Source: Candidatus Latescibacterota bacterium (GTDB lineage Bacteria > Latescibacterota > UBA2968 > GCA-2709665). Taken from it: a stretch of 64,000 nucleotides of DNA. The translations under genes were made by a program, and so were the position numbers. Of the stretch, positions 50,255-59,362 are shown one piece after another. The stretch's first letter is position 1. Every line of letters begins with the position of its first letter. The stretch is taken from contig OZ252100.1 of NCBI GenBank assembly GCA_965248435.1, forward strand, positions 1,152,001 through 1,216,000. The letters run 5' to 3'. The notes under the pieces are model-generated. The model saw nothing but the letters and a program-made list of their open reading frames with translations. It did not search any database and was not told the DNA's origin.

Positions 50255-52450
50255 ATGAACTCTTACACTCTGATTCCAAATGCAAAGATTCTAAGGAAAG
50301 CAGTTCCTGTTACTTCATCTCTAGAACAAAGAGTGAAGGCCACGCAGGTTGAGAAGCTGTCTGACCTTAAAGGGATTGTGAAGTCACTCGGCCAGGACCT
50401 TCAGCAGAGAACAATTCTCTACGGTCGCATTCTTTCAAAGCTGGAAGAATCGATTGTGAGGATTGATAACGAAATCCTACAAGGAGAAAAAGGTAGGGAA
50501 GGTGACCTGACGAGGGTAGCGATTGAGAAATTGAAGGAGCGGCAGAGAGCTTTCAAAGACATCATCCATATCAAAGGACAGATACGGCACTACGCTTTGG
50601 CCTATAAGGATTTGGGCAGGGCTGTTTCTCTTCTTCCAAGTTCTTATCTAAATCGACAACTCATCGAAGATTTGAAGCCAGTGATCGGTTTGCCGGCCGA
50701 TTTGCTGAAGCTGAACTACGATTTCAAAACTCAAGAAACCATCCTTCTCCAACCGCCAACGCCGGAGCAGTGCGAGGGAGAGTTTTCCTTGGGTCAGGTG
50801 ATGTATGATGACAAGGAACTGGGGAGAGAGTTCGGGTTAAGCAGAGAGGATTTTACGAAACATCTCTTAGTCTGTGGCGAGAGCGGAAGTGGTAAGACCA
50901 CATTCATCCGTCATATGCTGAAGCAGCTCATTGACAAGGTCCCATTTTGCGTGTTTGACTTCAAAAGAGACTACAGAGGACTTGCGCAACATCCTGAAGT
51001 TGAGGTTATCAGATGGGAGCAGCTTACCTTTAATCCCCTCCGTCCACCTGGGCCTCTGATTGAATGGCTCCAGAATTTCAGTGATGCCCTATCCCAAGAC
51101 AGTGCCTTGATGATTGGTTCCAGAGGCTTCTTGCTAGAACAGTTGGTCTCTGTTGTGAGGCAATTCAAGGAGGGACTTCCGAGCTTGAGGGATCTACTGA
51201 CACTCCTGAATACTCTCAAAATTTCCGGCTTCTATAGGGAGGCGTCCTACCTGTCCGTGGTCAAGAATCGTCTAAGGACTCTCTGGATTCAGCTACCCAA
51301 GACAGTTGGTTGTAGAGAAGGTTTTCAACTAGAATCTTTGCTTGGCAAGAATGTCATTTTGGAACTGGACGGACTTGGCATTGAGGCCCAGAACTTCCTC
51401 GTCACCACCATACTTTCCTGGATTTACCTGTATAGGATGGCTCGACACCAGAGAGGTAAGTTGAGGCACGTCTTGGTTTTGGATGAGGCCAAGAGAATCT
51501 TCGATCGCAACAAGGAGCTGAGGCCTGCCGAGGGTGTTCCTCAGATAGATATTCTAACTTCCAGAGTAAGAGAGTTTGGAGAAGCCTTGCTGGTGAGCGA
51601 CCAGGAGCCAGTGGCCCTGACGAATTCCATCAAAGCAAACTCTTATACGAAAGTGTGTTTGAGGCTGGGCAACGGCAAGGACATTGAAGACTTTGCAAAA
51701 GCAATGAGCCTGAACAGAAGGGACTTCATCTCTAAGCTTAAGACCGGGCAAGCCATTGTCAGAGTAGACGGACTCAATCCTTTTCTTGTCAATATTCCAT
51801 TTGTGAAAGCCGAAGCCGATTTCACCCCAAACAACCGTTTTCAGCCTGTTTCTAAACCGATTTCTCCGATTTCACCTCCAGATAAATTATCTCTTGTTGA
51901 TAGGACCTTTCTATTAGACATCGTCAGTTCTCCACTTGCAAGCGTGACTCAACGATACCAACGACTCAAAACTAACCCAAGAGAAGGCAACCAGAGGAAA
52001 AGAAAACTCATTGAACAAGAATTCATCAAGGAGGTGAGTATTGTTGATGGCAGGAAAATTCTGTTTTTGGAGCTAACTCCGAAAGGAGCTTTATCCCTTG
52101 GCAGAAATCCGAGAAGGGGCTGGAGAGAAGGCGGGATTGAGCATCAGTATTGGAGAGGAAAAGCAGCTCAACATTATCTCAAGGAAAGCTATAAAGTAGA
52201 GGAAGAAGTGTCTGTTGGCGAAGGAAAGAAACTGGATGTCGTAGTTGAGAAACAGGGGAAGAAAGTAGCCATTCAGGTTGAAACAGGAAAGTCTGACATC
52301 AAGCAAAATATAGAGAACGCTCTTAATGCTGGCTGCTCTTCTGTCATCTGCATTCCAACAAATCCGGAGGCAAGAAAAATCATTACAGGAATTGTTAAAG
52401 CATTCTATCCTGCTCCTGTTTTTCTCAAACTTCCACAAACTCTGAGATAG
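50255..52450 (+). CDS. HerA/VirB4-like ATPase fused to wHTH and a PD-(D/E)xK-like domain
   Basis: GESGSGKT, FDFKRDY, VLDEA, VREFGE...DQ; C-terminal LTPKG, GGIEHQYW, LDVV...VAIQVETGK. Confidence 0.85.
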   Translation: MNSYTLIPNAKILRKAVPVTSSLEQRVKATQVEKLSDLKGIVKSLGQDLQQRTILYGRILSKLEESIVRIDNEILQGEKGREGDLTRVAIEKLKERQRAFKDIIHIKGQIRHYALAYKDLGRAVSLLPSSYLNRQLIEDLKPVIGLPADLLKLNYDFKTQETILLQPPTPEQCEGEFSLGQVMYDDKELGREFGLSREDFTKHLLVCGESGSGKTTFIRHMLKQLIDKVPFCVFDFKRDYRGLAQHPEVEVIRWEQLTFNPLRPPGPLIEWLQNFSDALSQDSALMIGSRGFLLEQLVSVVRQFKEGLPSLRDLLTLLNTLKISGFYREASYLSVVKNRLRTLWIQLPKTVGCREGFQLESLLGKNVILELDGLGIEAQNFLVTTILSWIYLYRMARHQRGKLRHVLVLDEAKRIFDRNKELRPAEGVPQIDILTSRVREFGEALLVSDQEPVALTNSIKANSYTKVCLRLGNGKDIEDFAKAMSLNRRDFISKLKTGQAIVRVDGLNPFLVNIPFVKAEADFTPNNRFQPVSKPISPISPPDKLSLVDRTFLLDIVSSPLASVTQRYQRLKTNPREGNQRKRKLIEQEFIKEVSIVDGRKILFLELTPKGALSLGRNPRRGWREGGIEHQYWRGKAAQHYLKESYKVEEEVSVGEGKKLDVVVEKQGKKVAIQVETGKSDIKQNIENALNAGCSSVICIPTNPEARKIITGIVKAFYPAPVFLKLPQTLR

Positions 52451-52919
52451 CTCTCACAAATCTAACAATTTCTATCCTATTGAATTAGTGTTAACGCTTG
52501 GGCTTTCCAGACCTTTTCTTCTCTTCTTCTAAATCAATACACTCCTGAAACATACGGAGGAGTTTTTTGCAAGATCCACATACTCACAATCAAATGGCAC
52601 CTGCATTGAAATTATGCCCTACCTTCACTTGTAGCATTTCCTTGCTTTAGGGAGAACTGCTATGGAGGACTCCCGCCGGTGGGTAGGGTAGGTCAATCCC
52701 CATTGACTCTCCCTTTTGGTAGGTGTTGGGGAAACACTAAATGTGATACAAAGGAGTCCGCGCTCGAATGCCTTTGTATCATAAACGCAAAAATCAATGT
52801 CCAGGCTATGGTAATACCTGACAGTGCCATCAGTAGCTCATTCGCTCAGGATTGTGTGACCATTTAGAACCTTGATTATTGCTACACTTGCTGAAAGCCA
52901 GGCCAGATAGGTCTCCAAA

Positions 52920-54212
52920 CTATCCCAATACTCCCCTAAGCCACAAAAGAAATCTTTGTAACAAAACTGGTTCTACGCATTGATCGTCTACACATAAATT
53001 GCTGCTACATTCATAACTGTTATTACAAGGTATGTCCGCACCGAACTGCTGCTTGAATTGTTTATCAATATCGCAAAACTCATTTTCAATCCTTACCCCG
53101 ATTGGGATGCAATCATTATAACCGCAACATCCCTCACAGATAGGCTCTGCCATACAAGCACCATCTTTGCACCCATAGGGACACTCATAAGGTTCGCCCT
53201 TAAGCCTATCATCATCACCGCACCAATGCTCAGTTAATGTTATGCCATCCTCCTGGCAAGAATCTGTGAATGGATTTACAGCGCTCACGTCGTAAGTAAA
53301 GCCTTTGACATAATAATCTTTTCCCCCATCTGAATCGCTACATTTATCTGTTTCCTGAATGCAAGCACCCTCTTTACACCCATAGGGACACTCATAAGGT
53401 TCGCCCTTAAGCCTATCATCATCACCGCACCAATGCTCCATAACTCTCTTATCACTTAGATTTCCCTCAGGATAATCTCTTAAGCATCTATCAATAAAGG
53501 GTTTCGTACCCCCCTTGTCATATGTGGAGCCTTTCATGTAGTAACTCCTTCCTCCATCATCATCTCTACAACTCAAGACGTATTTATCCATAACCTCCCC
53601 GATTATCAATGCTTGTTCTTCAGGGTCCGCAAATTGCAATTTTCCAGAATTCAAGTCAGTATAAAAAATGGCCGTATTTGATCCATCTTGAAACAGAAAG
53701 ATGTGTTTTGTTTTTACGATGTCTTGTCGTAATCCTGTAGACTCATCTATAGAATAGATGCTAACTTCTCCTTCCAAGGATTGAAGACTGAATCCCTTAA
53801 TCGATGTATAAGCCTCCCATCCAGCAACATCGCTTAAATCGATAGAAGGATGAAAGCTCAATAAATACGGCGCAGCATATCCATCATCTTTGAACTTCAG
53901 TGTTTGTTGAGCAGAATCTGCAAATTTGAATCTATTGGTATCGACATCCTTATAGAAGATTCCTAGATCCTTTTCATCTTCATATACCAAAACACTACGT
54001 GTTCTTACACCTTCTTCTACAAGCTGTATTGCATTTGCTTCATTGGTTTGAACAATGAACGAGCTAGATGATGAATGATCTTCCCATCCTGGCGAATCGC
54101 TTAAATCGGCAGAAGGATCATACTTCATTCTATAAGAGATTGCCTCCACCAAGCTAGGTACATTTAGAACGAATATAAATACCACAAGTAGGGATAAACG
54201 TGTCAGTTTCAC
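52920..54212 (-). CDS. Secreted Cys-repeat surface protein resembling DPANN archaeal proteins
   Basis: Signal peptide; two C.D.DGG..YY.KG.T...EHWC...CPYGC..GAC repeats; C.NSYECSSN.C tail. Confidence 0.75.
   Translation of the reverse strand: MKLTRLSLLVVFIFVLNVPSLVEAISYRMKYDPSADLSDSPGWEDHSSSSSFIVQTNEANAIQLVEEGVRTRSVLVYEDEKDLGIFYKDVDTNRFKFADSAQQTLKFKDDGYAAPYLLSFHPSIDLSDVAGWEAYTSIKGFSLQSLEGEVSIYSIDESTGLRQDIVKTKHIFLFQDGSNTAIFYTDLNSGKLQFADPEEQALIIGEVMDKYVLSCRDDDGGRSYYMKGSTYDKGGTKPFIDRCLRDYPEGNLSDKRVMEHWCGDDDRLKGEPYECPYGCKEGACIQETDKCSDSDGGKDYYVKGFTYDVSAVNPFTDSCQEDGITLTEHWCGDDDRLKGEPYECPYGCKDGACMAEPICEGCCGYNDCIPIGVRIENEFCDIDKQFKQQFGADIPCNNSYECSSNLCVDDQCVEPVLLQRFLLWLRGVLG
53170..53438. repeat. Perfect 62-bp intragenic direct repeat
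   Basis: 53170-53231 equals 53377-53438 (period 207 bp, 69 aa). Confidence 0.9.
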
Positions 54213-54364
54213 TACTTGAGGAGAGAGGGTAGTATTTATACATCTTTTGGTGTGAATCTTTGATAGGAGAACTCATAACAGATCCGGAGTGAAGGGAATG
54301 GTTTAGGTTAAGGCCCTGTCAATTTTGAGCAAAAATCACGAGTCGTCTCGAGTTAGTCATTAGG

Positions 54365-55339
54365 TTAGTTCTGTATTAGGCATCGAATACCGAATTCAGG
54401 CGCGAATATGAGAAAGTCCTGAAAATCTATCTTGCAGTCTCCGGTGCTTTTGGCCGGGTATATATCGTACCTTTGGTCGTAGTTAGCGTCTCCACAAGCT
54501 GAATCGTAGGCATCCACAAACTCGAGAAAATCCCAAAAATCGACATAGTGATCTCCATTAAAATCAGACACTGGACATGATTCAAGTTTTAGTGACTCCT
54601 CTTCTGAGATGGCATCTTGTTCAAATGGAAATGGACCTACCCAAACCACCTCGACAAGTTTGATATCGGTGCTAACATCCGAAAAGCTATTCTCGTCCGC
54701 ATTGGGAAATCGATCGGATGCCACAAATGTTACTACTCCAAGCAATCCACTTGTATCTGATGGGGATTTCTCTTGTGCTAATACCTCTCCGGAAATTTCA
54801 ACCGTACCTGTATCTGTTTTTTGGGATAAGAAGCTCATATTATCACCAAAGTAATTTGGCTCCGAACCAAAATTTGGTTGACCATCTTGATAACTCATTG
54901 CTACTGGATCGTACACGAGTCTTACGACATATTTCGTAAGGTAATCTGGAGTGCAATGGTCTGCATACACAGCAATATTGATGGAATCTTCTGCCTTAAT
55001 GCTTTTGAGCGAGCCTAGATTTTGATTATTATTGTGAGCTACGTCTGCATCAAACACAGTCCGACCTTGAGAATTTCTGGTTTGTTGAACCTGGAATCCA
55101 GAAGATAGTATGACCGTATTATTAGGATCAAAGGCAGATCCGCCAGGAGGTGACGGCTGCCCAACGCAATCTTGTATCTTGTAATTGTCAGAGCTGCCCG
55201 TATTACTCCCGGCTTGAGACAGAACATCAAGAATGAGTTTGTAGGAATTATTCTGTGCGTGGACCATCCTGGTAGACATAAGGAAGGCAAACAGGCCGGT
55301 CAGAATGAAAAACGCATAGGTGATTGGTCGCACTTTCAT
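54365..55339 (-). CDS. Secreted cohesin-like protein with EF-hand/dockerin-like C-terminus
   Basis: Signal peptide; DFNGDHYVDFWDFLEF...YD...IDFQDFLIF. Confidence 0.75.
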   Translation of the reverse strand: MKVRPITYAFFILTGLFAFLMSTRMVHAQNNSYKLILDVLSQAGSNTGSSDNYKIQDCVGQPSPPGGSAFDPNNTVILSSGFQVQQTRNSQGRTVFDADVAHNNNQNLGSLKSIKAEDSINIAVYADHCTPDYLTKYVVRLVYDPVAMSYQDGQPNFGSEPNYFGDNMSFLSQKTDTGTVEISGEVLAQEKSPSDTSGLLGVVTFVASDRFPNADENSFSDVSTDIKLVEVVWVGPFPFEQDAISEEESLKLESCPVSDFNGDHYVDFWDFLEFVDAYDSACGDANYDQRYDIYPAKSTGDCKIDFQDFLIFAPEFGIRCLIQN

Positions 55340-55372
55340 CTTTTTCTCTCTTTGTCTTAGATATTATGGATA

Positions 55373-56770
55373 TCATTTCCGAACTGCTCGATGCTCCTCT
55401 TCTATTGAATACTCCAGTCTTCGGGTTTCATATCCTTTTCGCTTAGCTGCTACCTCCCAGTTCAAGGTTGCATCCGAAGTTCCTTTTACAAGTTCTTTAA
55501 CCGTAAAGCTACTTTGGGTGGTTTCAGAAACAAAAATACCATTACAATCCGCAGTAAGAGTAACTTGTACTAAGATTGGATAATCTTCATCAATAGTGAC
55601 TGTCTCTAGGAATATAGGATCCAGATTGACAGTTATCTGGCCATTCACAAGTCGAGCTTGACCTCTGTCAAAGAAAAAGACTTCGGTAGATTCATCGGCA
55701 TAAGTTATGCGCTTACCAAAAGATTTGGTTTCCACAACTGCATTTTTCGTTCCAGTTGCTGTAAAATAACCATCAACATACAGACCAGGCATAGTTGAAG
55801 TAGTGTTGCCAATTCGGACAGTGTAGTTAGTGCTGCTGGAGTTGTCAAATCTGCCAGCTACACCATCTGCTTCATTAACGCCTCTGATGCCTGGATTATT
55901 TCCATCCGCATAAGAACGTCCAAGTATTGCTGTGGCATTTTCACTTCTTCCATAAAACGCATTTCCGGACCCATCATTACGCACTATCAATATATATCCA
56001 TCCAAGCTGCCACTGATCGTACTCCCTGGCGCAATTTCTGCAGGGTCACCTTTGTCACCTTTATCTCCAGGGTCACCCTTGTTCCCTTTAGGTATGCCGA
56101 ATGCAAAACTTAACATACTGTCGGCCAAATCTACAGAGACTGTAGCTGAGTCACTAGCCCCAAGATTATTGGTCGCAGTAACCCTAGCTGATGTAACTCC
56201 TGGTGGGCCAGGGTCACCCTTAATACCTGGCGATCCGGCAATTCCTGCATCTCCTTTTAGCCCTTGAGGTATTCCGAAACTAAAGACCAGAACACTATCT
56301 ACGAAAGCCACTGAGGCCGTAGCTGAATCTCCAGGCGAAAGAGTTTCAGTCTCTGTCACCTTTGCTGTATTAATACCCCCAGCTGCTCCCCCAGGTGTGC
56401 GAAAGGCGTACGCAACAGTAGCAAGCATACGGCGAGGGCGAATCTCCGGTTCAGATCCTATCTGTATGCCAAGGTAGCGATTTGGATCCCTGAAGAGACT
56501 GCTATCTAGAGGATTCTTGATTCCCAACAACACACCGAACAATCCATTTACTACTGATACTTCTTGAGTTTCGGTCCAAAGTTCCTGTCCCTCTTCCGCA
56601 TTATCATATATCCGGAAATTCATACTGAACAATCCATTCAATGGCTTGTCATTAGTGTCAGTCAAGCGCCCTTGATAGTTCATTACAGAGGGAACATCCG
56701 AATTCGCGGTAGAGCTAATCCCTAAAAGAATAAAGGGAAGCATCCAAGAGATTTTGCACCCGATTTTCAT
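55373..56770 (-). CDS. Secreted collagen-like/fibre protein
   Basis: MNYQGRLTD N-terminal domain, G-X-Y repeats, C-terminal chaperone-like domain. Confidence 0.75.
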   Translation of the reverse strand: MKIGCKISWMLPFILLGISSTANSDVPSVMNYQGRLTDTNDKPLNGLFSMNFRIYDNAEEGQELWTETQEVSVVNGLFGVLLGIKNPLDSSLFRDPNRYLGIQIGSEPEIRPRRMLATVAYAFRTPGGAAGGINTAKVTETETLSPGDSATASVAFVDSVLVFSFGIPQGLKGDAGIAGSPGIKGDPGPPGVTSARVTATNNLGASDSATVSVDLADSMLSFAFGIPKGNKGDPGDKGDKGDPAEIAPGSTISGSLDGYILIVRNDGSGNAFYGRSENATAILGRSYADGNNPGIRGVNEADGVAGRFDNSSSTNYTVRIGNTTSTMPGLYVDGYFTATGTKNAVVETKSFGKRITYADESTEVFFFDRGQARLVNGQITVNLDPIFLETVTIDEDYPILVQVTLTADCNGIFVSETTQSSFTVKELVKGTSDATLNWEVAAKRKGYETRRLEYSIEEEHRAVRK

Positions 56771-56920
56771 CGTTACCTCCTTGTTATGACCGCGTGTCGC
56801 AAGTCAGAGAAACAGTACGATTTGAAAACGCCTGTTTTTCATCTTCCAGTCCTCCTGCTATTCCGCGAATATCCAAATTCTTCTTCCGACACAAACCACC
56901 AAAATTTTCGCCACTAAACA

Positions 56921-57241
56921 TTACCCTGGATTCACTCTAAACTTTGTTTGTGTGCGACCTTCCTGCGCTTGTTTCTTCTCCTTCAAATTCGAAGCTAGGT
57001 CCTTTTCTTCCAGCTCTAGATCTTGAACTACTTTTCGCAAGCTCTGCACTTCCTGCTCTGATCCCTGCACTTCACTTTCCAACTCGAGGGTTTTAGCCTC
57101 AAAATCTATTGTTCTAGCTCTGCAATCTATAATCTTCAGTTTTAGCTCACTTACTTCCTGTAATCCATCCCGTATTACTTTCACGGCAAGCCCAATCCCA
57201 ATAACAATCAAGCCAACCAGAAATAGTTCCATCTCTGCCAT
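56921..57241 (-). CDS. Membrane-anchored coiled-coil protein
   Basis: N-terminal TM followed by heptad repeats. Confidence 0.6.
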   Translation of the reverse strand: MAEMELFLVGLIVIGIGLAVKVIRDGLQEVSELKLKIIDCRARTIDFEAKTLELESEVQGSEQEVQSLRKVVQDLELEEKDLASNLKEKKQAQEGRTQTKFRVNPG

Positions 57242-57244
57242 TCT

Positions 57245-57572
57245 CTATACCTTGCCTTTGAGTTCCTTTGCCTCTTTCAGTAGTTCTTGCTGTTCAGCAG
57301 CTTTAGCCTTCTCCTTCTTTTCTTGAGCAGAATAACCACCAAGCATTTTGTCAAAGCGACCGATATGTTTTTCAATCGTTGACTTCTTTGCACTAAGCTG
57401 TCTTTTCTCCGCTTGGAGAAGTTTCTGTTTGCCTTCTATTCATTTCCATCTTGGCTGCTTCCAACAGTGTTTTTTCTTGCTTTAGTTTTCTCTCCGAACT
57501 CTTCGTTTTTAGGGCAAGAACGAACTTTCCGATTAAGCATGCTAGAATTGCACCAAATGCAAGAATCTCCAT
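57245..57572 (-). pseudogene. Disrupted membrane-anchored coiled-coil gene
   Basis: MEILAFGAILACLIGKFVLAL...QKLLQAEKRQL...KGKV is interrupted by two in-frame stops, consistent with compensating frameshifts. Confidence 0.45.
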
Positions 57573-58820
57573 ACTTCATCTCCATTACATCAGTTCTACA
57601 AAAGTTTAGGATTGCTCTTTAGGTCTTTTCCTTAAACTAGAAATAGGCAGTGATGTCATCGTTTTGTCCTGCATTACCAAAGTTGCACTATCACCTTTAA
57701 TAGAAACCACTTACCAAGGCCCCCAATGAGTGTCATCCTCATCAACGAATTCAACAAAGTGCCCAGGTTTCAGCTCAGTTGTCATAGTTGCTTTATTCCT
57801 TCTCTAGCAGCTCCCCTGTGACACCAGCCTGATTTCACCAGCACAAATTCTCCGCCATCCATATCCACACAGAGCCTCTACAAACTAGAAGACCAGAGGC
57901 ATCGCCATCCTCACAGAAACGCCCCCGGCGTTTGCAACCCGGCAAAGGGATCTCTGTTCCAGACTGCTTAAAGGAAGGGACTGAAAATGTACAATCAGCA
58001 GGTTGCAAAGCGCAACTCCAAAGACGAATTACAGAAGAAGAATTGATTAACGAATGTTCAGGAATCCGCACCTTTGTACTGCAATGTGCACAAGCCCAGT
58101 GGATTGAACCTCCTGAGGACGGATGTCAACTTCAGACACAAATTAGAAGTCAGCTCAAACCGCAATAAATGCCAACCTAGAGGCTCAGAGTTTGCGGATG
58201 GCTATATTCTTTGGCTTTGCGGAAAGCTGCTCGATATAGGTCTCTAATACATTTCGGCATCCCAACTTAGTTCCCTCCTCTCCCCCGAACTCTCGTCTAT
58301 TCTCCTGGCCATCTTATCAACCCATATACAACAACGATGATGCCAACAACTACCAGCACGATAAAAACTGTGTATCATCCATTCTTGAACGCCTAAAAAA
58401 CTGAAACCGGAGACGCCGCCATCCTATAAATAGAAACGCCTCCGGCCACCCCCGACCCGCCCAATGGCAAGCAAGCAAGGCTGTTTCAAAAGTGAAACAA
58501 AAAAGCTCAGCTTAGTGCTCGATCTTCGCAAATCAATCATCAGTTCAATATTAGCAACAACTTACCAAGTGTTCGAGTATCTGCACTCTTGTTCTAAAAT
58601 CTGCACAAAGAAAAAGGCGCCAGCTCTCCGAAAGCCAGCGCCTCAGACCTGACCAAGGGTCTCTTGCCACTGCACTATTCTTATCGTCTGTAGTTCTTGA
58701 GTATTGAATGCTAATCTCCTAAGCAACTTCTGATGATTGGAGTAATAAGGAAATCTGAAATTGCATCGATTCTCATAAGCAAGCTCGAACATCTACCTTT
58801 TCTGTATAGTTCATATTGAA

Positions 58821-59336
58821 CTATCCGAGAGATCCCTCTAGTGTGTATACGAATTCAGTTTCCTTTTTTGAGAGCTTAGATCCCTCGATCTTTTCTGACA
58901 ATTGCTTGTCCACATTTCCAAGGCGTTCACATAGCAGCTCAACAATGTTCCTCAGCGCCTTGACTTCCAGACTTTGATTTTCACTGAATAAAGCGCTCAA
59001 CTTTGCCCTGGAAATAACAAGGCCGCTGGATTTCTCCGACGCTAGCACGTTAGCAGTTCTTGGCTGACCTGTCAGCACTCCCATCTCTCCAGTAGAAGTC
59101 CCAGGAACAATCTCGCCAAGAATAGAACCCGAGTTTGATGTTACCCTTAATTTTCCTTGAAGGAGTATCAACATCTCATCACTCTCCGCTCCTTCTTTGT
59201 ATATCATTTCTCCTGATTGAAGAGATTTGTAATCGCTTATGGTCACAATGAACTCTACCTCTTTGGGTGTGAAATTTCTAAAGACTCTGATTTTTTTGAT
59301 AATTGGCAGTAGACGTCTGTGCAATTCTGGATCCAT
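58821..59336 (-). CDS. Cyclic-nucleotide-binding domain protein
   Basis: IYKEG, GEMGVL, PRTANV. Confidence 0.88.
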   Translation of the reverse strand: MDPELHRRLLPIIKKIRVFRNFTPKEVEFIVTISDYKSLQSGEMIYKEGAESDEMLILLQGKLRVTSNSGSILGEIVPGTSTGEMGVLTGQPRTANVLASEKSSGLVISRAKLSALFSENQSLEVKALRNIVELLCERLGNVDKQLSEKIEGSKLSKKETEFVYTLEGSLG

Positions 59337-59362
59337 TCAGGGTCTATGTTCTTTTTTAAGGC

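Noticed and set aside
53170-53438. DGR template/variable repeat pair
   Set aside because: Both copies are in frame in one gene, the flanking differences are not adenine-specific, and there is no reverse transcriptase.
24508-54212. Tailed prophage
   Set aside because: No terminase, portal, capsid or tail genes recognised.
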